A stretch of 64,000 nucleotides of DNA from a virus: positions 1-64,000 of IMG/VR virus record IMGVR_UViG_3300035034_001213, one strand, 5' to 3'. Below, in pieces: positions 1 to 8,895 of this stretch; the stretch's first letter is position 1; every line of letters starts with the position of its first letter. A program made the translations under genes and the position numbers. Under the pieces are notes generated by a model. It made no database searches and was not told where the DNA came from. It was given only the letters and a program-made list of their open reading frames with translations.

Positions 1-406
1 AGCCACCAGAAACCTCTGCGATGAAATCTTTCCATCCACGCTGAATTCGTCCACTGGCGTTGGCAGTGGCTCGCCCAATGCGTTTAATAACGTCGGCGAT
101 TCCTTCTTGACTGAATTCGGCTTCTTGAGCAAATTCCGGCCCGAAGTAGATTTCCAACGTCAACCGATACGCCTGTTCCAACTGAAGTCCGAGAGTAGCG
201 TCTTCTTGAGCAACGTCGTACAGTTTCGAAAACGCCTCCAAATGCTCTTCAGCGTCGCGCAAACCTTCCAGCTGCAGGGAGGCCGTGCGAATTTCACGCA
301 TGGCTTCGTTAACTCCACCGGTCGATTGCTCGAGACCGATATGATCTTCAAGAGTAAAGGACGCTGGTCGTTTTTCTTCAGCAAATAGTTCTTTGGACAG
401 CAACAT
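1..406 (-). CDS. Putative internal head (ejection-type) virion protein, partial (runs off the window edge)
   Basis: Not in the ORF track. My translation from ATG 406 is open to position 1: MLLSKELFAEEKR...FAQEAEFSQEGIADVIKRIGRA. An acidic propeptide, an S-Q-E site and a following amphipathic helix are typical of phiKZ head proteins cut by the prohead protease. Confidence 0.6.
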   Translation of the reverse strand, partial: MLLSKELFAEEKRPASFTLEDHIGLEQSTGGVNEAMREIRTASLQLEGLRDAEEHLEAFSKLYDVAQEDATLGLQLEQAYRLTLEIYFGPEFAQEAEFSQEGIADVIKRIGRATANASGRIQRGWKDFIAEVSGG

Positions 407-464
407 AGTTCAGAGTTCCATGTTTAGCTTAATAAAATACCCTTATGCTCATAGTAAACGACAT

Positions 465-483
465 AAGGGAGCCGAAGCTCCCT
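465..483 (-). terminator. Rho-independent terminator-like hairpin
   Basis: GGGAGC-TTCG-GCTCCC followed by TTATG on the minus strand, at the stop of 483..746. Confidence 0.65.
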
Positions 484-746
484 CAGTCGGTTTGATCAGA
501 GTCTAGGCTCACCCGAGGCCCTGAATCGGGTCCCAAGGTTTCCAACTGATTCATTGTGTTTCTCTGGAGAGATTCCGCAGTTTCCAACAAGGAAATGATT
601 GCCAAGTTGTTTGCACGGATAGGCGCGTTAATTGGACAATCGCCCATGAGCTTCGAATTTTTATCTCGAAGCTCATGTTGTACCCTAGACAAAAGCTCCT
701 CAAGCTTGTGACCGTCAGGGTTGTCAACACTCATCAAAATTGTCAT
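483..746 (-). CDS. Hypothetical protein
   Basis: 87-aa ORF directly downstream of the helicase, AGGA RBS, followed by a hairpin. Confidence 0.6.
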   Translation of the reverse strand: MTILMSVDNPDGHKLEELLSRVQHELRDKNSKLMGDCPINAPIRANNLAIISLLETAESLQRNTMNQLETLGPDSGPRVSLDSDQTD

Positions 747-757
747 GTAGGGTCCTA

Positions 758-2278
758 TTAAGTAAAGTCAATCCTCATTCCAGCTTCGGCGGTAGTCAAG
801 CTTTCCATCGACGAGTCTACGCCGTCGATATCATCCGGCACATATCCGACTTCTTGGAACGGTATGTAGAAGAACCGATACTTCAGAGGTGTTGCCTTAA
901 CGGTCCGATGCTTGCCACGGTGTATAGCCAGGTAGTGCTTCTTGTCACGTTCAACGATGTCGACGTAGACCTCCAGGTCGGCTTCGTTGGCAATACGCTT
1001 AGAGCCGTCCCAATAGTTCTTACCGGCGATTTCTGCAACGAAGTTACCAACCCCCGCTCGTTTCAAAGCCATGGCCTCCTGAGACAGCTGGTGAGGCGTC
1101 ACGAACAGGATGTTGCGGGACGACATGAACGTCCGGACCCGTTGCATTAGCATCCGAATGTCCTCACCAATCATACTCGATTGACAGCCTTTACGATTAA
1201 TCATGGCTAGGTAATCAAAGTACACTGCGTGGACCTCACACCCAGCCCCCTCGTAACGAAGGATGGTGTTATACAGATCTTGATACGTAAACGCGTTCGG
1301 ATCGATCCGAAGCATGTCAACGTTCCACCCCCTAGACGTTAGCTTATCGGCCACGTACGCGCCAGCGGTCTCCTCGTCGACCTGAGACACGTCGACGGCT
1401 TCGCCAGTCTCGTTCTCTTTCAGGGCAACGTACATCCGAATCAAATCTTCCTCAGCGCGGTTCTCGCTGGAGAAGTAAAGGATCATAGGCTTTTTGGTGG
1501 TGTCTTCTTGAATAGGGTCGTTGTACAAACACGCATGACGGAACAGGTCGTGAACCAAACCGGACTTGTAGCAGTGCGTCAGACCGCCCACCAGAACAAA
1601 CATACCTCGACGCATCTGATTCGATTCGCCGAGCATTCGGTTAAACGCTTGCCAGCCGGTTTTAAAGCCGCCAGCGCCGTCGGTGTCTTCTTTGGCTTTC
1701 TCCAATACTTTCTTCAAGCTGTCTGGGTTAGACATACTCATCAGGTTAAGGATAAAATCTTGTTGATCGTTGCTAGTGCCGTTTGAAAATGCTTCTAAGT
1801 CAGCCACAAGGTTCTCCACGTATTTTTTCCAATCCAGGGGTTTTTTGTTGTAAAACAATTCTCGGTGTGCTTTGTGAACGATTTCACGGATCGCCCACTG
1901 ATGTAAGAAGTTCTTCAGTTCGCCATGCAAACCGTTACACAACTTCATCATGGTTTCGTCATCAACGCCGTGATAACGGTCTACGTCTTCAAACGCTTGG
2001 AAGACAGTAAAGTCATCACCGGCGTTTAAACGAACTCGTTGAAGAAGCGCATTAAAGTCAAACGGCTCTTCTTCGGATTGGTCGCACATCCACATCACCG
2101 TCTCACGAAGCCCTACGATCGTATTGCGACCGCTGTCGGTTTCGGTGACTTGCTCGGGAAGCTTCAGTCTGGAAATGATGTCTTGCGCCAAGCTAATTGA
2201 CCGATGACTGATCCGTTTGCAGATCCCCTCACAATACAGTAATGTGATAATTTTAATCAGAACCAGTTTGGAATCCAT
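758..2278 (-). CDS. DnaB-like replicative helicase (phiKZ gp118-like)
   Basis: GFKTGWQAFNRMLG, variant Walker A GGLTHCYKS, YFSSEN, Walker B YFDYL, TPHQLS and RGKHR; divergent from the gp119/capsid genes as in phiKZ. Confidence 0.88.
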   Translation of the reverse strand: MDSKLVLIKIITLLYCEGICKRISHRSISLAQDIISRLKLPEQVTETDSGRNTIVGLRETVMWMCDQSEEEPFDFNALLQRVRLNAGDDFTVFQAFEDVDRYHGVDDETMMKLCNGLHGELKNFLHQWAIREIVHKAHRELFYNKKPLDWKKYVENLVADLEAFSNGTSNDQQDFILNLMSMSNPDSLKKVLEKAKEDTDGAGGFKTGWQAFNRMLGESNQMRRGMFVLVGGLTHCYKSGLVHDLFRHACLYNDPIQEDTTKKPMILYFSSENRAEEDLIRMYVALKENETGEAVDVSQVDEETAGAYVADKLTSRGWNVDMLRIDPNAFTYQDLYNTILRYEGAGCEVHAVYFDYLAMINRKGCQSSMIGEDIRMLMQRVRTFMSSRNILFVTPHQLSQEAMALKRAGVGNFVAEIAGKNYWDGSKRIANEADLEVYVDIVERDKKHYLAIHRGKHRTVKATPLKYRFFYIPFQEVGYVPDDIDGVDSSMESLTTAEAGMRIDFT

Positions 2279-2422
2279 TGTTCATCCTTCGGTTGGTGCG
2301 GGTTCAATTACGGGATTGGAAGGACTCCTTAGGACCCGTAACTGATGGTGAAAATCTTCGAGCTATACCATGCCCAGCTCCCGTCCAATTTGAATGTTGT
2401 ACCATAATGTGATGCAGACCTA

Positions 2423-2426
2423 TATG
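2423..2426 (+). promoter_or_regulatory. Candidate late promoter core (TATG), phiKZ P119L-like position
   Basis: TATG 24 nt before the gp119-like gene; phiKZ late promoters have a TATG core. A 4-mer alone is weak evidence. Confidence 0.4.
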
Positions 2427-2449
2427 AACAATTGACCAGGGAGTCACCC

Positions 2450-2998
2450 ATGCGGCTGATTTGTATCCCATTGTGGCTTTCACAAGCCCTGAACAGAGAA
2501 GGATTGGCGGAGAGCGCATTGCTGGATCAGTCAGCGTTGTCACCTTTCTTTCCGCAGAAAGACTTAGAGTGCTACGATAGACTCGCCAACGAGACTCGGA
2601 TGTATTTCGAATCCGTCTTCGGCGTGACTCTTCCTGGGCACGATGAAGCCCCAGTTCACATCGACCGTCCCTTGAACGCTTTCGAGAAAACAGGGATGGA
2701 TGCGGTCGTTGAACGACTGGAGCAAACTGATAAAACGGACTTAGCGTACAAACTGATCGGACGGCATTTGCCACCCGGCTTCCAGTGGAGTTTCGCGGTT
2801 CGCCCATTAAGTGGTCCTAACAGCACCGACACCGTTGGGTTGTTTGTGTACGTTTTTGAAGGTACCGGCAACGATAAAGTCGAAGCCGACAAAAAGTTTT
2901 TAGCAGAGTTGCTGGAACTATTGTATGCACACAATTTAACCATTGACAAGCTAGCCATGACTGGCTTTCTTGGAGCCTACGTTAAACGACTGGGCTAA
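2450..2998 (+). CDS. Virion structural protein (phiKZ gp119-like)
   Basis: Synteny between helicase and capsid genes; GGGAG RBS before ATG 2450. Confidence 0.6.
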   Translation: MRLICIPLWLSQALNREGLAESALLDQSALSPFFPQKDLECYDRLANETRMYFESVFGVTLPGHDEAPVHIDRPLNAFEKTGMDAVVERLEQTDKTDLAYKLIGRHLPPGFQWSFAVRPLSGPNSTDTVGLFVYVFEGTGNDKVEADKKFLAELLELLYAHNLTIDKLAMTGFLGAYVKRLG

Positions 2999-3094
2999 GC
3001 TTGTGCTGAAATGACCACCCCATTGTATAGTGGCTGTTCCCAAACACCGGCTACTGGCCCACTAGATTTCTTTTGATCAAAGGAACCAAAAGGT

Positions 3095-5251
3095 ATGTCC
3101 AACAGAACGCGTTTTGCAACACAACTGAATAATATCGTTTCCGAACTGGAAACTACTATTCGTTCAAACGGCGTCGCCGCCAGCGCTGAGCTGGTTCGTG
3201 GCACTTACTCGCAGGAATCTGCGGGTGTTTTCGCTCGTGATTTCGAAGATCAAACCCGCGACCTGCGCTCTGCAATCGCCGATCATCTTTCCGAACTTGA
3301 CCCCAGCTTCTCCCAAGAAGGCTTGGCCTCTGAAATGAGTGAGCCGATGCGCGCTGGTTTGATTGCAGCCCTGGCTTCCCAAGGCGGTGCTTCTGGTTAT
3401 CACAAGCAGGCCCTCTCCGCTGGTGACGCAAGTCAGTTCAGCCTGGAATCTGTTTACACCGGTCTTGGTGGTTCTATCGACGTTGCTGAAGGCGACGCGT
3501 ACTCTCAGGAGTCTTTCGACGAAACTGAGCTGGCGAACTTCGCTGCACAGAACATCATGTACAACGTACTGGCTTCACGTCAGGACGCGTTTGCCGAAGC
3601 TTTCTTCCCGACTAAGGTAGTTACTCCGGCCGAAGGTGGCATCGCCATCACCGTTGATCGCCAGGAAGTCCTGGACTACGCTCAGCACAAGTCTGACGGC
3701 TCTGCACTGGGTCTGAAGCGCAGCAACCTGATCGACGCGTTTGCCGATCACAACATCCTGAACCGTCCGGCGACCGAGCTGGTGCCTTGGGCCAAGAACG
3801 ACAACAGCAACGACGCATTCTTCGTCGCTGAGTCTGAAGTTGGCGCGATCGACATGGACATCTCTGGCACGACTGTTCGCACTCGTCCGCTGAAGATGGG
3901 CAAGAAGATCAACCTACTGGGTCTGTCTTCACATCCTGGTCTGATCGACAACGGCATCCTGGACACCACTGATCAAATCGCCCCAGGCTCACGTCTGAAG
4001 AACCTGTACATCCGTCTGAGTGACGGCGCTGCACCGGCGAATGTTGAAGTGATCAAGCTGGACGTGGGCAACATGACCCGCAACCAGTTCAAGAAATATC
4101 ACGAAGGTCAAGGTCGTGAAGTGGTTCTGAACTTCATCAGTTCTGCAATCACCATCGATGCCAACACCAAAGCCGCTGACGGTGCTGCCGTTTCTTTGCT
4201 GGACACCCAAGTCAACACTCCGAACCTGTCGGTTCAGTTGGCTCTGTCTGTCAATGGTAATGGTAACCTGAACGAAGGTTCTGTCGACATCCATTCTTCA
4301 CCTGTGCGTGTTGAAAGTGTTGTTAACGACGCTGGTGAAGTTCTGGCTCTGGATACCGGTGCTGGTCAAGCGGTCATTGATCGTCTGGAAACCCTGAGCG
4401 CAACCGTTATCGGTTACGACCTGGCGGCTCGTCGTTCTAACAGCAACTGGCGTTCCACTGGTGCCCTGATCGACGTGACTCCGTACACCGAGTCTTACGC
4501 GATCCAGCCTGGCTACCCGATCAGCGTTCTGACGCCGACCGACGACCAGCAGAATGGTGCCAAGATCAGCGGTATGATCAACGCTGCTCGCATCCGCAAC
4601 AGCAACAACGCCATCACTACTCTGATCAACTACGCAGAGCAGTTGGAAGCGTACAAGAACGCCATGGCTCGTGGTGTGAAGCTGGACATCGTTGGCGCTG
4701 GTCGTCACGTGGTTCGTCCTTACTTCACTTCCAAGGACCTGGACGTTTCTGCAGCCATTAGCTCAATCAGCTCGCACGAGCGTGCTGAAGACGTATCCGC
4801 CGTACTGGTTGATGCGATCCGTGACATGGCTTACCGCATGTACCGTGAGTCCAACTACGGCCCTGCTCTGGATCTGGCCAACGCTGGTACCCAGACCCGG
4901 CCTACGCTGCTGATCGGTTGTGATGCTGTTGTACAGCGTTACTTGATGATCTCTGGTGACGACCGTCTGTTGGGTGAGAACATGCAGCATCGCATCGTCT
5001 CTACCAATGACACTCGCATGATCGACAACATCTACCTGACTTTCACTCGCGAGCGTCCAGGCAGTGAAGACGGCCTGAGCTTCGGTGTACACGCGTACGT
5101 ACCCGAGCTGATCCAGCGTGTTACTACCAGCCGTAACGGCTCTACGTCCAAGAACGACCGTGTCGTTCCGCGTAGCATCCATGTCCCGGTTCTTCCGGTC
5201 ATGGGTCACCTTCGCATTCAGAAGCTGTCTGAGGCGATTGGTAACGTTTAA
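3095..5251 (+). CDS. Major capsid protein precursor (phiKZ gp120-like)
   Basis: 718 aa, strongly biased codons, N-terminal propeptide with SQE/SLE sites, RQDAFAEAFFPT and RRSNSNWRSTG motifs, strong terminator downstream, synteny. Confidence 0.92.
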   Translation: MSNRTRFATQLNNIVSELETTIRSNGVAASAELVRGTYSQESAGVFARDFEDQTRDLRSAIADHLSELDPSFSQEGLASEMSEPMRAGLIAALASQGGASGYHKQALSAGDASQFSLESVYTGLGGSIDVAEGDAYSQESFDETELANFAAQNIMYNVLASRQDAFAEAFFPTKVVTPAEGGIAITVDRQEVLDYAQHKSDGSALGLKRSNLIDAFADHNILNRPATELVPWAKNDNSNDAFFVAESEVGAIDMDISGTTVRTRPLKMGKKINLLGLSSHPGLIDNGILDTTDQIAPGSRLKNLYIRLSDGAAPANVEVIKLDVGNMTRNQFKKYHEGQGREVVLNFISSAITIDANTKAADGAAVSLLDTQVNTPNLSVQLALSVNGNGNLNEGSVDIHSSPVRVESVVNDAGEVLALDTGAGQAVIDRLETLSATVIGYDLAARRSNSNWRSTGALIDVTPYTESYAIQPGYPISVLTPTDDQQNGAKISGMINAARIRNSNNAITTLINYAEQLEAYKNAMARGVKLDIVGAGRHVVRPYFTSKDLDVSAAISSISSHERAEDVSAVLVDAIRDMAYRMYRESNYGPALDLANAGTQTRPTLLIGCDAVVQRYLMISGDDRLLGENMQHRIVSTNDTRMIDNIYLTFTRERPGSEDGLSFGVHAYVPELIQRVTTSRNGSTSKNDRVVPRSIHVPVLPVMGHLRIQKLSEAIGNV

Positions 5252-5296
5252 TCCAGCGATGGATTAACTTCAGGTGACATACCTGGTGTCCTAAGG

Positions 5297-5340
5297 GGCG
5301 GCATAGGGGCGGCCTTCGGGTCGTCCCCTATGCCGCCTTT
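5297..5340 (+). terminator. Long terminator hairpin after capsid gene
   Basis: GGCGGCATAGGGGCGGCC-TTCG-GGTCGTCCCCTATGCCGCC-TTT. Confidence 0.8.
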
Positions 5341-5357
5341 GAAAATAATTTCAAGAA

Positions 5358-5372
5358 TATATCATGCAGATG
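5358..5372 (+). promoter_or_regulatory. Putative phage promoter TATATCAY-N5-TG (copy 1)
   Basis: TATATCAT-GCAGA-TG, intergenic after a terminator; the same motif occurs at 8792, 20642, 32235 and 33905. Confidence 0.65.
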
Positions 5373-5411
5373 TACACGCCGCAATCAATCACCGGATGAA
5401 GACCATGTGAC

Positions 5412-6524
5412 ATGCAACATATCGAACCGCATCAGACTACTTACGTCGAGGTGAATGACGTAGAAGTCGACACAACCCTACGGCGGTCCAGTGGTCCTTT
5501 GGAATACACCATCTCTTACTACAATCATCTAAACTGTGACATCACGGTGACCCTTAGGAACGGTCTGCCGTTTAAACTCCCTGCTGGTGACGGTAGGAAA
5601 AACTGTATAGAGGTGTTAGTGACCTATTCGATCGATGCCCGCGTTGGCATTGATCCTAGAAGCACATTCCATCAACGAGCCAGTAACTCCGCAGAAAGTG
5701 CAGCGCTGCTGGCCGCCATTGAGAACTGCGAAAAAAGCGGTCGATTCAGCCGAAAGAGCTTTACTCTGAAGTACAGTGTAACGGCCGACGAGGTTGAAAA
5801 GAACAGTGGAGTCACCTACATTGCCGAGCTCGATTTAGTTCTGTCGGTCAGTGACGACGAGCGCCGAGCAATCCATCCTTATAGCCCCAGCAGTGACCGG
5901 TACCGGCTGATCGAGGCCGAGGTGAACGTCAACGACCCAGAGAAGTTTGGCTACGCCATGTATCTGGTGAGTAACAACGGGGCCATCGGGGATAGGTACA
6001 TCAACATAGGAGGTAACGCCTATCGAGTTCCAAGCACAACGAATAAATCTTTACGGGACGGGGTTTATGTATGTAGCAGCGGCAGGGTAGAAGCTCGAGG
6101 AAACGACCCTATCCCTGTAGCCGAGTTCTATCCGTTCGACCAAGCGTTCGAACTGCTCAAGTTGTATGACACGCCGGAGAGTGCTCTGAAACTAGGGGAT
6201 CAGTTGATCGCCCGGGAACAGGAACTCAAAGAACTGACCATGCACATGAAAGAGGTAGAACACTCGCATAAGCTGGAACGCATTAAATACGAACACGATT
6301 TTGCCGTTAAGAAACAAGAGTTGGAAGAGACTCGGATGGAATTGGACAATCAGTACGCAAAAGAAGAGCACGAGCGCCGGATGCGCGCCATGCGAGATAA
6401 GGAGTATCACGAGTCGCGTAGCTCAGCGCGTAAAGACTCCAGTGAGATCATTAAGATCATTCCAATTGTACTGACCGGGGTAATAGCCATCTCAGCGGCT
6501 ATTGCGAAATACAACAAAGATTAG
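5412..6524 (+). CDS. Conserved phiKZ-like protein with C-terminal coiled coil and hydrophobic anchor (gp122-like position)
   Basis: 370 aa, charged coiled coil then IIPIVLTGVIAISAAIA; directly upstream of the nvRNAP subunit. Confidence 0.65.
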   Translation: MQHIEPHQTTYVEVNDVEVDTTLRRSSGPLEYTISYYNHLNCDITVTLRNGLPFKLPAGDGRKNCIEVLVTYSIDARVGIDPRSTFHQRASNSAESAALLAAIENCEKSGRFSRKSFTLKYSVTADEVEKNSGVTYIAELDLVLSVSDDERRAIHPYSPSSDRYRLIEAEVNVNDPEKFGYAMYLVSNNGAIGDRYINIGGNAYRVPSTTNKSLRDGVYVCSSGRVEARGNDPIPVAEFYPFDQAFELLKLYDTPESALKLGDQLIAREQELKELTMHMKEVEHSHKLERIKYEHDFAVKKQELEETRMELDNQYAKEEHERRMRAMRDKEYHESRSSARKDSSEIIKIIPIVLTGVIAISAAIAKYNKD

Positions 6525-6536
6525 GATCTGTTGTTG

Positions 6537-8177
6537 ATGGACTCTCAACTATTAGAAGGGGTACTCAATGCGACACCTGAAATCAATTCCGACGTGGCGA
6601 ACGGACTAGCGACCAAGCAGTTGTTGGGTGCTGAGCAGTTTGTCGATGAGATCTTTCGCTGTGCAGCGGTGGATTTCCCAGACGGACTCACGTATGAAGG
6701 CTATCGGAGGTGTACGCCTCAGGAAGAATTCAACGAAGCAACACGTTCTCGGGACAACCGGCAGGTTTACGAACTTGCTCAAAGCGATTTCTACTTGGTG
6801 GCGTACTTCTTTAAATACAAGAAGGACGAGAATACGGAAGCGGAGGAACTCTTTCCCAGGTACTTGTATCTGCCGTATGTTCAGACAGGCGGTCTGCTGA
6901 ACGTGCGTGGAAAGAAGTTTGCCATTCACCCAGTTCTGGCTGACCCGGCATTTAGCGTTGGATCGAAGAGCATGTTCATTCAGCTCACCCGAGCCCGTCT
7001 GACGTTTGAGAGAACCACTCACCACTTCATGGCGAACGATGACCGAGAGTCTACGTACGTCGTTTGGTCGTGGGTACACAGCACCGCCCGAAATCGACAG
7101 CGGAGAAAATCAGGCAGTGCCAAGGTGATCTATTCTACCATGGCCAACTACCTCTTCGTTCGTCGAGGGTTTACGGAAGCTATGCGAGAATACGCAGGAG
7201 CTGACGTGGTGGTGGGAGAAGATGAGATCACCGCCAAAGACTACCCGTCCGACGAGTGGGTGATTTGCAGTACCGTGGGGAATAAACCGCGAGCATTCAT
7301 GGGTAATCAGTATCGCAGTACTCGCGTTCGCGTTGCGGTTCCCAAAGAGCAGTACACTCAGGCAGCGAAAAGCCTGATCGGTGCTTTCTTCTACATAGCC
7401 GACCATTTCCCCAACCGGGTAAAGCCGGAGTACGTAGACGACGTGTGGCTCTGGAAGGTTATCTTAGGCCACATCATCTACGAGCCCGGCACCGGCGAGG
7501 GTTTGATGGTCACCGAAATTGAGGATCACTTAGTCTCCCTCGACGAGTACCTTGATTCGATTGTGTGGAAGGAATTGAAAAGTTCAGGGGTGTCGTGCAG
7601 CGACATCTATGAATTGTTCATGTACGTGATTGAGACCCTGGCTCAGAAGACGGTGTCCTCCGATGTGGGAATCTCCAGCATCTACGGGAAACGCCTGATC
7701 ACGCTAAGGTACGTGTTGTTTGACATCGTGAGTCAGATCAATACGTTGATGTACAAGCTTCGAGCAGCTCAGAAGAAACGCAAAAAGCTTGAGATTACAG
7801 AAATCAATAACCTGATGAATATCTATTTACGCAGCAGCCGTATTGCCACCATCAGTAACCACGCGAAACACCCGGAGGTGAACCCTGTCTCTACGTCGAA
7901 TGACAATTTGTTCTTTGGTGTCACATCAACCATGTTGACCCAAGACAGTGCGTCTACCACCGGCGGTAAGAAGAGTAAGATTAACCTGAAGGACCCTAGC
8001 AAGCACTTGCACGCTAGCGTGGCTGAAGTTGGTTCATACAACAACATTCCTAAGTCCGACCCTACCGGGCGGAGTCGGATCAATCCCTGCGTTCACGTAG
8101 GACCCGATGGAATGGTGGAGCGTGACCATCAGAAGAAAGATCTGTTGGATCACGTTCAGAAATTGCTGATGCAGTAA
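6537..8177 (+). CDS. Non-virion RNA polymerase beta-like subunit (phiKZ gp123-like)
   Basis: RYLYLPYV..GG, HASVAEVGSY and PKSDPTGRSRINP motifs, ~546 aa, synteny after the capsid gene. Confidence 0.82.
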   Translation: MDSQLLEGVLNATPEINSDVANGLATKQLLGAEQFVDEIFRCAAVDFPDGLTYEGYRRCTPQEEFNEATRSRDNRQVYELAQSDFYLVAYFFKYKKDENTEAEELFPRYLYLPYVQTGGLLNVRGKKFAIHPVLADPAFSVGSKSMFIQLTRARLTFERTTHHFMANDDRESTYVVWSWVHSTARNRQRRKSGSAKVIYSTMANYLFVRRGFTEAMREYAGADVVVGEDEITAKDYPSDEWVICSTVGNKPRAFMGNQYRSTRVRVAVPKEQYTQAAKSLIGAFFYIADHFPNRVKPEYVDDVWLWKVILGHIIYEPGTGEGLMVTEIEDHLVSLDEYLDSIVWKELKSSGVSCSDIYELFMYVIETLAQKTVSSDVGISSIYGKRLITLRYVLFDIVSQINTLMYKLRAAQKKRKKLEITEINNLMNIYLRSSRIATISNHAKHPEVNPVSTSNDNLFFGVTSTMLTQDSASTTGGKKSKINLKDPSKHLHASVAEVGSYNNIPKSDPTGRSRINPCVHVGPDGMVERDHQKKDLLDHVQKLLMQ

Positions 8178-8191
8178 TCCAGATGTCTCTG

Positions 8192-8222
8192 AGGGGAGGG
8201 TCCGTAAAGGCCCTCCCCTTTT
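8192..8222 (+). terminator. Terminator hairpin
   Basis: AGGGGAGGGTCC-GTAAA-GGCCCTCCCCTTTT. Confidence 0.7.
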
Positions 8223-8266
8223 GGGCACTTGTCATTTTAATAACCTATAAATCAAAGGACAGTCTC

Positions 8267-8470
8267 ATGAACCGTGACCAGAGAAAGCGACTCAATCGAG
8301 CCGCCACTATCTTTGCACTGTACGGCATTATCCTAGGTCTTCCCTCAGCGTTGTTCAGTGGGAGTCTTGCTGACATCCCTGTGGTTGCGTTGATCTTTGG
8401 GTTACCAACCTTGTGGTTAGACCGACCCTCTTCGAGGACAACCTATGTCCGTGTCAAGGAACATTCATGA
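8267..8470 (+). CDS. Small membrane protein
   Basis: AAGGA RBS, MNRDQRK start, two hydrophobic segments. Confidence 0.55.
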   Translation: MNRDQRKRLNRAATIFALYGIILGLPSALFSGSLADIPVVALIFGLPTLWLDRPSSRTTYVRVKEHS

Positions 8471-8771
8471 TTTCAGTAAATTGATCTGTGAGTGTCTGAA
8501 ACTTGGCTGGGAGTATTCCCGAGGACAACCCAATGAACAGCAGCTGCAACATTGGGCGACGCTTGGGCGAGCGACCAGCGCGTTTAAGAAAAGTCACAAC
8601 GATTCAATCTGCACCAAACATCAAGTCATTCATTTGATCCGATGTAAAGAAGAAGCGTCTGTCCTAAAGGGCTATCGGCGACTGTGCTCTATTGGTTTGT
8701 GGACCGCGTGGATAGAAGACTATCCGGTGATTCGACCCGTGGAGCGAACGATCTTCAGTATTCAACCGTAG
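8445..8771 (+). CDS. Hypothetical protein
   Basis: 108-aa ORF with GAGGA RBS, overlapping the previous gene. Confidence 0.5.
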   Translation: MSVSRNIHDFSKLICECLKLGWEYSRGQPNEQQLQHWATLGRATSAFKKSHNDSICTKHQVIHLIRCKEEASVLKGYRRLCSIGLWTAWIEDYPVIRPVERTIFSIQP

Positions 8772-8791
8772 ATCTAAGTAGTTTGAAAAGA

Positions 8792-8806
8792 TATATCATC
8801 CGTGTG
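8792..8806 (+). promoter_or_regulatory. Putative phage promoter TATATCAY-N5-TG (copy 2)
   Basis: TTTGAAAAGA-TATATCAT-CCGTG-TG, intergenic. Confidence 0.65.
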
Positions 8807-8895
8807 ATGAGTGAATACACCAAGATTTTGGGTGGGGCTTAGCCTCAGAAACACCTTAGGCCTGCATAGGTCAGTGTGAACTTTAGGAGCTTTCG

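Noticed and set aside
1555-1600. Non-canonical Walker A (GGLTHCYKS) as a sign of a dead helicase
   Set aside because: phiKZ-family DnaB proteins carry a similar variant, and the other motifs are intact.
3156-5209. Many antisense and alternate-frame ORFs over the capsid gene and other long genes
   Set aside because: Shadows of biased codon usage; no RBS or motifs. The o-spanin is the only convincing embedded ORF.
6537-8177. Intron or intein in the RNAP subunit, helicase or portal
   Set aside because: The ORFs are continuous and of expected size, with no homing endonuclease or intein terminal motifs seen.
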